DNA of 64,000 nucleotides from Emiliania huxleyi CCMP1516 (Eukaryota): NCBI RefSeq assembly GCF_000372725.1, contig NW_005201984.1, positions 310,001 to 374,000 of the forward strand, read 5' to 3'. Shown piece by piece: positions 1 to 10,365 of this stretch (position 1 is its first letter; each line of letters starts with the position of its first letter). The notes under the pieces were generated by a model. It saw only the letters and a program-made list of their open reading frames with translations, ran no database searches and was not told where the DNA came from. The position numbers and the translations under genes were made by a program.

Positions 1-1
1 C

Positions 2-298
2 TCCAAGGTCACCGGCGGCATGAAGGTCAAGGCGGACCGCGACGAGGCGTCGCCGTACGCTGCTATGCTTGCCGCGCAGGACGTCGCCGCGAAGTGCAAG
101 GAGCTCGGCATCGGCGGCCTGCACATCAAGATGCGGGCGACCGGCGGCAACCGCACCAAGACGCCCGGCCCGGGCGCCCAGTCTGCCCTCCGTGCCCTCG
201 CGCGCGCTGGCATCAAGATTGGCCGCATCGAGGACGTGACGCCGATCCCCTCCGACTCGACGCGTCGCGCGTCGGGCCGCCGTGGCCGCCGCTTGTAG
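2..298 (+). CDS. RPS14: 40S ribosomal protein S14 (uS11), 3' part; gene starts before the window
   Basis: [29 protein letters not shown]...[15 protein letters not shown]...[21 protein letters not shown] is the conserved eukaryotic uS11 C-terminal half. Confidence 0.97.
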   Translation, partial: SKVTGGMKVKADRDEASPYAAMLAAQDVAAKCKELGIGGLHIKMRATGGNRTKTPGPGAQSALRALARAGIKIGRIEDVTPIPSDSTRRASGRRGRRL

Positions 299-770
299 AG
301 AGGCACCCCGCCTGCTGCGTGGTGTGCGAAGATTGCACCGGAGGCCCTCCGGTGCCCGACCGCACTGCCACCGGGGCTCGGCGACTGGCGGCCTTGCCGC
401 CGGAACCCCAGCCCCCGACCCGCTGGCGCACGTTAGCCGCCCCCCCCCCCCATTCCGTGTGTGCCGACGGGGGCTAGCTAGCGCCAGAGAGCTTGTACGA
501 CAGACATGTTTACCGTCTTCCCCGAGACCAAAAGGGCCGGGCCCCAGCGCGCAGCTTGGGCCCGTCGGGGCGCGGGACCCAACACCGCGCGCGGCCCGAG
601 AAAACGGGGCCTGCTCCTGCGCTCCTGCGCGCCGCTGATCCTAGCGCTGATCACGCATAAACACTTGCATGGTGTATCACTGACACTGTTCATGCTTCAT
701 CACACGCGCTCGGAGATTACCCCCCCCCCTCCCCTCCCATCCACACACACGCACACACCTCTGATTCGCC

Positions 771-1379
771 TCACCCGCCGCTCTCGCTTGGCGCCTCGGA
801 CGCCTCAGCGCGCGCGCGCGCCTTGTCGGCCGCCCTCCTCTGCTTGCTTGCCCTCACTGCGTCGCGGATGCGCTGCGCCTGGTCCTCGCTGATGCCGTCG
901 AGGGGCGCGACTGACCGCTCTGCCTCTCGCTCTGGCGCTGGCGCCGGCGGTGCGGCCTCGGCGGCGGCGCGCTGGGCGTCGGAGGCGGTCTCGACTCGCA
1001 AGTCGGAGACGGGCTTGCCGCGCTGCTGCATCGCCTCCTTGAGGTTGCGAAAGTCGTCCTCGATCCAGTTGAGGTTGTCGGCGACGAGGTGGTTGACGCC
1101 GCAGCCGGGGCAGGTCACAATCACAGTGCCCTCGCCGTACGCGAGCCGCGAGATCTGGTGTGTGTTCCGAGTGTCGCACTTGTTACAAGTGAACTGGAGC
1201 TCGAAGCGGTCCGTCTTAGCCTTGGGCTTCTTCTGTGGCCGTGACGGCGGTGCCGGCGGCGACTCACCAAACCCACGCGCAAGCAGCACCGCAGCGTGAG
1301 CCCGCGGCGCGGCCGCAGGAGCGGGCAGGAGCGGGCGGAGCGCAAACGCGCACCCCTGAGCGAGGAAGAAGAGCAGCAT
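771..1379 (-). CDS. DNL-type zinc finger Hsp70 escort protein (Hep1/Zim17/HEP2-like), probably plastid-targeted
   Basis: FELQFTCNKCDTRNTHQISRLAYGEGTVIVTCPGCGVNHLVADNLNW matches zf-DNL (CxxC...CPGC..H..ADNL). The N-terminus MLLFFLAQGCAFAL resembles a signal peptide followed by a transit peptide. Confidence 0.88.
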   Translation of the reverse strand: MLLFFLAQGCAFALRPLLPAPAAAPRAHAAVLLARGFGESPPAPPSRPQKKPKAKTDRFELQFTCNKCDTRNTHQISRLAYGEGTVIVTCPGCGVNHLVADNLNWIEDDFRNLKEAMQQRGKPVSDLRVETASDAQRAAAEAAPPAPAPEREAERSVAPLDGISEDQAQRIRDAVRASKQRRAADKARARAEASEAPSESGG

Positions 1380-1822
1380 GTGCGTACCGTCCACCGGCGA
1401 CCTGGTTTCTTTCGGAGGCCGCATTATTTCTTTTCTCTTCACAACCCTCACTGCTGGCGGTCTGCCCAAGGCCCACTTGCAGGACCGTAGAGATAGCTGC
1501 ACGCCTCCTCCACTATTCAAACCGAATCCTCGCCCTACGCTCGCTCTGGCATGTGTGTGGCACGCGGCCACTCGCTGTCGCCCGCTCTCGTCACCCTGCT
1601 ACGTCAGTCTGCTGCAGAGGCAGATGCGCGGCACGTCCCCGCTGATGAAAGCTGTGCACCTCTGCAGGCGCGCCGTCTTCGGATGGCGGCGCCTTCGTCA
1701 GCAGCACCGCGTCGTGAGCACTAGTCGCCCGCGCCCTCCTCCCGCGCGCTGTTGCTCTCCTCACGCCCGCTCTCTGCGACGTTGCAGCTCAGCTGGGGTC
1801 GGCGGCCGGCTCTTATGACCAG

Positions 1823-4653
1823 ATGCCGGCCAACTCGCTGCTGTGCGCGTACCTGGAGGAGGACGCGCGGCGTAATTTTGTGGACTCGGCGGCGGAGGTG
1901 AAGGTGCGGCGCAACGAGGTGATCATGCGTCAGGGTGCGCTGCGCTCCCGCCGCCCGCCCGCTGGCAACGCGGCTCCGCGAGGCTGAGGGCACGCGCGGG
2001 TGTGTCAGGGGACAAGGGCAACAACTTCTACCTGATCAAGGCGGGCACCTGCGAGGTGCTGATTGCTGAGGCGGACGGCACCTCGTCCAGGCGGCAGCTC
2101 GGGCCAGGCGCGGCTGGGCCGCGAGCCTCCCCCCGTGTGCCGGAGCCCCTGACGCTTCCCGCGGGCATTCGCGTAGGGTCCTCTTGCGGCGAGCTGGCGC
2201 TGATTACGGGCAACCCTCGCTGCGCGACGGTGACGGCCACTTCGGACGAGCTGGTCCTCCTCATGGTCAACCGCAGGGCCTTCATGGCTGCCCTCGGCGA
2301 GCAGGTCAGCTGCTCCGCCGGCAGCTCCAGCAGCAGCTCCAGCAGCAGCTCCAGCAGCAGCGAATGGCAGTCTGTGAGCAGCCGCCGCTGCGAGAGGGGC
2401 TTGCGCTGCCCGCTCCGCTCTGCACGCACGCGCGCGTGCGCGCGCATGCCACCAGTACCCCTCCCCTGACGGGCCGCACGCCCCTCGAGTGTTCTGCGCG
2501 CACTGCGCGTTGACCGCCCGCCACCCCCGGAGGCCCCCGCCGGCTCCTCCGGGGGTGGCGAGAGACGACGCGCACCGCCCACCGCCCACCCGGGCGCTTG
2601 TCCCACCTCGCTGCTTGCTCCGTTGGCGAGCAGGTCAAGAAGAAGCGCACCACGTGGATGCCCTTCCTCGAGTCCGTCTCCATCTTCGCGCCGCCCTCCA
2701 CCACCACCGACTACGAGCGAGGCCTGCTCGCAGACGCGCTGCAGGCGCGCGCCGCGGAGGCCGGCCGGCCGCTCCATCACGCACGCCGCACACGCGCGCA
2801 CGCCGCCCTGGTCGCAACCCCCCCCCCCCCCCCCCTCCCCTCCCATCCGTCGTCGCCTCTCAGGTGCTCGAGGCGAACACGCGCAAGGCTGCGATGTACG
2901 AAGCCTTCCTCGGCAAGGTCCAGTTCCTCGAGCCGCTGACGCGCGAGCAGCGCAGCCGGATGGTGGACGTGCTCGAGGAGGTCGAGTACGCGCCGCGGCA
3001 GCCCATCATCCGCGAGGGCGAGGAGGGGACCCACTTTTACATCCTGCTCGAGGGGGAGGTGTCCATCACCAAGTCGGGGCAGGACAGCGAGCTCGCGCGC
3101 CGCGGCGTCGGCGACTACTTTGGCGAGCTGTCGCTCAAGACGGGCGCGCCGACGATCGCGACCGTCTCGGCCGCCGACGCGCGCTGCAAGCTCGTGCGCA
3201 TGGACCGCGGCTGCTTCCTGCGCCTGCTCGGGCCACTCGACTCGCTGCTCGCGCTGCGAAAGTACACCGCCACGGGGCAGGAGGTGTCCGAGGCGGTCTC
3301 CGCGATGGACCGGCTCTCGCTCGCGCCGGCGGAGGCGATCCCCGGCTTCTCCTTCCAGCGCGGGCCGCCCGGCCTCTCGCTCGACCAGTTCACGGTCACG
3401 CGCAGCACCCTCGGCGAGGGGGCGTTCGGCAAGGTGCGGCGCGCGCGCGACAAGAAGACGGGCGCGGTGTGGGCGCTCAAGCAGATGTGCAAAGCGGACA
3501 TCGTGTCGATGGGGCAGGCGGGGCGAGCCCGCGCCGAGAGACGCGCCCCGCGCCGAGACGCGCCCGCCGGGACGCGCGCCGCGCGCCCCCCTCCCCCCCC
3601 TCTCCTGACGGCCCGCTCGCCCCGCCCAGGTGGAGCACATCATCCAGGAGACGCAGGTGCTGTCGCAGCTGCTGCACCCCTTCATCACAAACAAGTACGT
3701 CTCCATGACCACGCCGACCAACCTCATCCTGCTGCTCGAGTTTTGCCCCGGCGGCGACATGTTCGACCAGCTCTACCGGCACAAGAAGTTCTCGCTGCGC
3801 GACGGGCAGATCTACATCATGCAGGTGCTGCTCCCCATCGAGTACATGCACAGGCAGGGCATCGTCCACCGCGACCTCAAGCTCGAAAACATCCTCATCG
3901 CCGCCGACGGCGCGCTCGCGAGCTCGCCCGCCGCCGGGGCCGCCCACAGGGCACGCCCGGGAGACGCCCGTGCCGCCCTGCTCCCCCCGCAGGCGCGCTC
4001 AAGCTGACCGACTTTGGGTTTGCAAAGTATATCCAGCACCGCTCGTACACGCTGTGCGGCACGCCAGAGTGTGTCGCGCCGCCGAGCCCCGCCCGACGAC
4101 GATCGGCGCGCCCGCCAGCACCGGCGCGGCGCGGCCCGTAGGTACCTCGCCCCCGAGCTGATCCTCGAGCGCGGGCACGGCAAGGCGGTCGACTATTGGG
4201 CGCTCGGCATCCTCCTCTTCGAGATGCTCAACGGCCACTCGCCCTTCGAGGCCGAGGACCACCTCGCCACGTGCCAGACACCAGCCTCGCCGCAGCGGCC
4301 GCCCGGGGCGCGCCCACGTCACGGCGTGCGGCGTGCGCCGTAGGTACCAGAAGATCCTCGATGGCACCGTCAACTACCCCGCCGACATGAATGCCGACGC
4401 GATGGACCTCGTGTCCAAGCTGCTGCAAAAGGACATCTCGCGCCGCTTTGGCAACATGGTCAACGGCACCAAGGACATCAAGGACCACCCGTTCTACAGC
4501 GACATCAACTGGGACCAGCCGTACGGCTACCGCGGCTCCATCAAGCCGTCCACCTTCGAGCCGTCCAAGCACGAGTGGCTGCCCGCGCCCGACGTGGTGG
4601 TCGAGTCCAAGCCGGTCAAGCCGGCAGACCAAGCGCAGTTTGCCAGCTTCTAG
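1823..4653 (+). CDS. Cyclic-nucleotide-regulated AGC kinase (cNMP-binding domains fused to a PKA/PKG-like catalytic domain); multi-exon, 5' end uncertain
   Basis: Spliced reading gives CNB motifs [31 protein letters not shown] and [26 protein letters not shown]. Kinase motifs are [37 protein letters not shown] and DYWALG, ending in an AGC tail (QFASF*). Confidence 0.9.
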
Positions 4654-5075
4654 GGGTCCTGCCGCTTCGGCAGCAGGTCGGCGGGTGGCGCCGCGCCTGA
4701 CCGTATGTCCCTCGAGTCTTGGAGGCGCGGGGGCTATCGGTGCGAGTATACTCTCCGCCTCGCGCGGCTCTATCTGTCCCTCGATCTCTCTCACGTCCCG
4801 CGCAGCGCCGTCGCGCGTGCACACTGTGTCTTATGTCGTGGGGTCTGGGCGCCTCTTTTTACTGTCGGCGTCAAGAGAGCAAAACTGAAACTGAAACTGT
4901 CCGCGCGCCCGGCGGCGGCGCCGGCGGCCGGGTGATGCCCGCGACGTGTCGCGATCCGACCTGCGCGCTGCGCCGGCCCCTCTCTCTCACCGCACCCGCA
5001 CTAACCACTAATAATATGCCGACCCCCGGGGTTTATCGGCTAGGTTTTTCAATAAACACATTCCCCTCATATCGC

Positions 5076-5077
<2 letters not shown>

Positions 5078-5135
<58 letters not shown>
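5078..5135. repeat. Compound (TC)n(TG)n microsatellite
   Basis: Direct reading. Confidence 0.95.
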
Positions 5136-5137
<2 letters not shown>

Positions 5138-6151
5138 TTCTCCTTGAGGGGAAGCCGCTGATCGAGCCCAGCGTGCCCGCGGCCGCCTCCCGCGCAGCAC
5201 CGCCGCTGGGGCCTGGGGATGACACACTGCGAAATCGGATCGACGCCCATGGAGGAGGAGGGCGCAGTCGGCGAATTGGAGGAGGAGGAGGAGGGCGCAG
5301 TCGACGAATGGGAGGAGGAGGGCGCAGTCGACATTGGCGTGTCTGACTCAGAGGAGGAGTTGGCGGTGCTCCGGCAACCTCGCCTGATTCAGAAGCTCGC
5401 CGACGTTGTTACTCAACGTGCGTCATGCGTGATCGAGCTTGAGGGAGGAGCTCCGCTAACGATTCGGCCGGCCACCTCGACCGGCAACGACCGGCCTCGA
5501 CCGGCCACCCAGCGCCGCCGCCCACCGCCACCCACAAAGCGCCTGCTCTACTATCCCGTACCTGGCTGGCTGACGCTCGCCCCCCCCGCTCCACTTTCCA
5601 CGGACCATGCCCGTGACAGCACCATCACTGTCGCCGTCCTGGTTTTGAACGTGGCAGCTAGACTCTAGGAACTCGGTAGTTGTGACCCCCCTGAGTGAGG
5701 AGCAGGAGAGAGAGCTTTTGTGGTGTTGGTGTACGCAATAAATAACGAACGGGACGGGGTGGTCGTTCTCTCTATCTCCCCTTCTAGTACCATGAGCTGG
5801 GCGCTGTGTCCGACCCCTTTTGCGCAGCAACACCTTAAACTTTTAGGCCCTCCAAATTCGGGTCGGAGCGTAGGCCGTAGCGGAGTGGGCCCCGAGTTTG
5901 AACAGGGCGACGGACGCTTGCGTCCTAGCCTCCAACAACGCCTCCCCGGCGCAGAGGGGCCCCCGGAGGGATGCACAACCGCTCCGGGCCATGCCGCTTG
6001 CGGCGGTCCTCTTTCCCAGCTCCGCTGAGGGCCCGTGTGTTATTTTTCTGAGGGCGTAACGGGACGAGTAATAGTAAATCGCCTCCAGGACGACGGGTCC
6101 TCCGACTCTCCTCCTTCTGACACGACACGCGGTCTCGTGCTCGGACGCTCC

Positions 6152-7874
6152 ATGGCGTTCGCCAAGTTGGTCGTACTCGCTGCGGCCCTCGCTGCCACCA
6201 GCTTCGCCGCTCCAACCACACAGCGTGCGTCCCGATCTAGTCCCTCCCGTAGTCTCCTCCCGTGCCGGGCTCCTGGTATTCCGTGGCGTCGCCTCAGCTC
6301 CCATTGACTCCCGTTCGCACACACCCTCAGGCGTTGATATCGACATTCGCGACACTGCGACGACCGACAACTCCCCTCCGCCGCCGCCGCCGCTCAACCC
6401 TGACGCCCAATCCGAAAACAACGCGCTGATTTCATCCATTCTTGCCAGCGTGCCCTTTTACGAGACGTCAGAGATCGTTTGGCCAAAAACGAAGGGCAAG
6501 GATCCAGACATGTGCACGGCAATCAGCTTTCCCGATGGCGCGGAAAAGATTCCGGCCTTCAACACCTTGAGATGCGAGCAGAACTTAAAAGAACCCGAAA
6601 CAAATGCCGTGTCAACGCGCTACACGCAGCATGTCATCACGGAATCGGAGGGATACACACAATCGGTCAAAGCAGATGCAGACCTTCAAGCCTCTGGGTG
6701 GGGCGCAAAGATGAAGGCCTCGTTTTCTACTAGCTCCACTCAGAGCGGCTCATCGTCGTCCGTGCTGCTCAAGACCAACGCGTGGGTGGAATATGACCGG
6801 GCGACCAAGGTGCAAGGAGATTCTGGCAAATGCCAGCCGTTCTTGGAATCGGTGGAACGAGAGCTGAAAGATAAAGCGAAGATCCCGGGAGGGCTCCAGG
6901 AGTGGCACGACAAACATGGCACCCATTTCATCTCCGGATATTACGCTTTTGCTTCAGCCACTGCGACAGTTCAAATCACCGAATACGACAGCAAGAAACG
7001 GGAAGAGATTCACGCCGCTCTATCCGCCGCATACACCGGGTACGGTACGACCGTTGGGGGCTCAGCTAGCTTTAGCGCATTGGTAGGCACGGAAGCGGCG
7101 GGAAGGCATGTCACGAAGTATATTGCAACAAATGGAGTCACATCGGGTCCGCCGAATGACTCCATTGAGGCACTTGGCGACTACATCTTCCACCTTTCAA
7201 ATTTCACGGACCCGACGGCAAATCGACACAAGGTGATTCTATCGCCTTACAGCGATTGTAAATCATATCAGGAAGCGCTCATGCTTGTTCCAGATGGTGG
7301 AGATTTTCCTCAAGTACCAACAGTTACTGATGACATCTTCACGCTATGGGTTGAGGTCCACTTCCTGCAGGATGGACTGACTAAGTTGCAAGAGTACTGT
7401 TCCGGACTCCGAGCGACGTCCGTGCCACTGAATTCCTTCGACTGCAACGCAAAAATTGCGAGACCGGATGGTTGGATCGACTCGCTCTCTCCCGCCCAGC
7501 AAGACGAGATTACGGCCGTTGCTGTGACGGCGCCATTTTACCTGACCGGTGAGAATATTGAGCACGACATACTGAACGATCTGTACGACCCGGTTCTTGA
7601 GATCTACGATGCCCTGCCTGATCTACCCGAGAACGCGCGGACCGTCTTCATCGATCTGGGAAAGAAGGTACGGATCGCCAATCAGAAGGTGAGGGCGTTC
7701 CAAGACTCCTTCGGAATCCAACCGCCCCCGCCTCCCCCCCCTCCCGCGTGCACTCCTGCGGGCTTTGACCCGTACCTTACCGACACCCACGTCGACTGCT
7801 GCCCCGGCACAACGGAAACTTTGGGACCGCGCGATTGGGACCAGACCGGCGTCTGGCATTACAAGTGCGTCTAA
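6152..7874 (+). CDS. Secreted MACPF/CDC-like pore-forming protein with a C-terminal Pro linker and small Cys-rich domain
   Basis: Exon 1 (6152-6224) encodes the signal peptide MAFAKLVVLAAALAATSFA. A phase-compatible GT-AG intron runs 6225-6330. Contains WHDKHGTHFISG (MACPF-like GTHF) and two TMH-like alternating segments (ADADLQASGWGAKMKASFSTS; AALSAAYTGYGTTVGGSASFS). Confidence 0.7.
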
Positions 7875-8119
7875 TCGCCAATTCGGGAGGAGTGATCTGG
7901 GGCCATCTGGCAACTCCGAGTCCGACGAGGCTTGCAAGGCAGTGTAGTGATTGCCTTGGGGGCCCCCCAAACCCCGGGGTTTGGACTTTCCCCCCTCAGG
8001 GGCAAAGGGGGTAGGGGGCCCCCCCCCCCCCCCCCCTTCCTCCCCTCGCGGCTGAGACCCTGTGTTTAGTAGAGCAGTGCCAAGTCTAGGATCCCGGACC
8101 ATCGACCTCGGGAGCTCTC

Positions 8120-8243
8120 CCGCACCGTTTAAGCGTTTAAGACCGTTTAAGGAATCGGCGGCCCAGGCAGCTTAATGGGCCCGGGCCCATTTTAAGCCGC
8201 CGTTTAAGCCGCAGGCGCCCCAGGGCCCACCCTTTTAAGCCTA
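8120..8243. mobile_element. Probable orphan DNA-transposon end with subterminal CCGTTTAAG repeats
   Basis: Several (c)cgtttaag/tttaagcc motifs ending in ...TTTAAGCCTA. No partner end found. Confidence 0.3.
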
Positions 8244-8560
8244 GGGGTAGTACTCGACCTGGTGCACGATCCGTCCGTCCCCGCGTCCCACTCCCGCGCC
8301 ATGACGGTCGCGGGGTACCACCGCTTGGTGTGTCACAGAAGATCTCGAGGCGCGATCCGGTGGGCAGGACAGTGTGGCCGTCGAGCGCCGCCCTGGCATC
8401 CTCGCGCTTTCGCTTCCGCCGGCTTCGCCTTCGTCTGCGCAACAGGGTGTAATTCGGGCCCACCTCCGCCACGCTGTCCAGCACGTGGGCGGCGCTTGCC
8501 ATCTCGACCGCGTTGTCCTCCGGCGGAAGCTCCGCGTCGCCCGCGGCCGCCTCCCGAGCG
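8241..8560 (-). pseudogene. Frameshifted fragment with a Tudor-like motif, probably TE-derived
   Basis: Across frameshifts reads GSRLEIF.D..KRWYPATV...VHQVEYYP, preceded by a basic NLS-like stretch. Confidence 0.35.
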
Positions 8561-8711
8561 CACTCGTCACGCATCCGCTCGTGGTTGCGCCTGCCGACGC
8601 GCCACGCCGGCGGCCGTGTGTCTCGCCGCCGCGTCCGGCGACGGCATCGATGCTGTCCGCCCGAGCGTGACTCGCAACTCCACGATTTGCGGTCCACGGA
8701 CAAAGCGGCTC

Positions 8712-9123
8712 CCCAGGAGCCTTCGCCAGGTCTTGGACACAGCAGCGATGACGACTTAGTGTGGGGAGGGTCGGCGAGCACTCACTCACTAGGGCGGCGC
8801 CGCAGGGCCGGGGCACTGGCCACGGCCTCGCCGACCACTAGAAGGCGGCCCACCCACTACGCGCACTAAGTTAGTGGGCGGGATGGCGGGAAGCACTCAC
8901 CCACTAGCCCGTTCGCCGGCGGCCCACTCACTACGCGCACTACCCGTCCTCCGACCACGACTCCCGGGAGCACTTCACCACTTGACCCGCCTCGGCGCAC
9001 CACTAGCCCTCGTCCAGCTCACAGACTAACTTGCGCCAACTTACTTAGTTTCCCCCAGGGCCCGGGACCACTCACTCACTACATCATCGCTGCTCTTCAC
9101 ACGACCTGGCGAAGGCTCCTGGG
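8712..9123. mobile_element. MITE-like element with ~50-bp imperfect inverted ends and internal CACTA/CACTC repeats
   Basis: cccaggagccttcgccaggtc..cagcagcgatga (from ~8712) is the reverse complement of tcatcgctgct..gacctggcgaaggctcctggg (ending 9123). Confidence 0.5.
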
Positions 9124-9210
9124 CTCCCCCCACCAAAGTTGAATGAATCCTCTCCTTAGACACACACATACCTGCCTGTCTCGGGTCATGATTCTCTTCT
9201 ATTGTATCCG

Positions 9211-9211
<1 letters not shown>

Positions 9212-9270
<59 letters not shown>

Positions 9271-9284
9271 ACTCTCTCTCTCTC
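9212..9284. repeat. (TC)n microsatellite
   Basis: Direct reading. Confidence 0.95.
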
Positions 9285-9314
9285 TTGCCTCCGGCTCTTC
9301 TCTTTTCGCGGCAG

Positions 9315-10153
9315 ATGGTCGGTTCGTAGACATCGCTTGGTGTGTCACCGAAGATCTCGAGGCGCGATCCGGTGGGCAGGACAGTGTGGCCGTCGAGCGC
9401 CGCCCTGGCATCCTCGCGGCGGAGCTCCGGCTGCTCGCCAACTGCGGCATGACGGGCGGCCTGTCGCCGGAGCAGTTTTACGCCATGGCCGCCGCCTCCG
9501 AGCAGGCGGGCCGGGTGTGCGCCGCTCGCGGCCACTACAACTCGGTCGGCGTGACGCCGCGCTCCATCTTCGAGAGCCACAAAGTCCCGCGCGCGCATGT
9601 GTGCGAGGCGCTGCGCGTCGTCAAGGCAAACCCGCCTGCCTGCGCCGACGCGTTGAGTCGGGCGTGGACGGAGTACCTCTTCTACTCGCTCCACGACCGC
9701 TACTCGCCGCACGAGCTCTACTCGACCGACGGCACGGAGGCGGGCTTCAAGGCGGGCGACTCGGGCAACGAGAACGTACGGCGGGACGGCCAGTTCGACC
9801 CAGCGACGCGGCGGCGCTATGGTGGGCGCTTCCACGACCTCATCGTGCGCCATGGAGGGGAGGCGTACTTCGAGGGTAAAGGGCCGCGCATGTGGCGCGT
9901 CCTCGCCGAGTTCATCGTCGACTGGCTGGCGTCCGAGGTGCTGAGCGCGAGATCGCTCAAGTTCGAGCCGAACAAGGCGACGGGCGAGGAGGGCTTCCTC
10001 GGGCTGGCAGCCAACGCGGAGAGGGCGCTGCAGACGGTGAAGGACAAGGTGCTGGCGGAGAAGGTCGCAGGCGAGACGCTCTTCAAGGGCGTTTTCGGCG
10101 CGTGGGGCCTGCGGCTGCGCCCCAACGAGCCGTGGGAGCACGCGTCGCTATAG
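9315..10153 (+). CDS. 3' exon or fragment of an unknown protein
   Basis: Open frame with strong GC3 bias from ~9420 to the stop at 10153, following a pyrimidine tract + CAG acceptor. No family recognised. Confidence 0.45.
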
Positions 10154-10365
10154 GCTCGAGCGTGCGCTTGTGTGTCTTTTTGTGTCTGAAAATCGTTATG
10201 CGCAGCCAAACCGCCCGCGGGGACCGAAGACGTACCGCCGACACACACAGACACACACACCGCCGATCGAAGGCTAGCTCAAAAGAATTCGAGACGCAGT
10301 GCAGTGCACGGCACAACCCATGTCCTCGGCACAACCCTGGTCCACCGCACAAGCTCCAGGTCCAC

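Noticed and set aside
5219..5668. Acidic EEEGAV-repeat ORF
   Set aside because: Short tandem-repeat-derived stretch with no recognisable domain, probably a degraded fragment
7955..8050. Homopolymer-rich G/C stretch (also ~27000-27190) as a G-quadruplex or regulatory element
   Set aside because: Looks like low-quality read-end sequence
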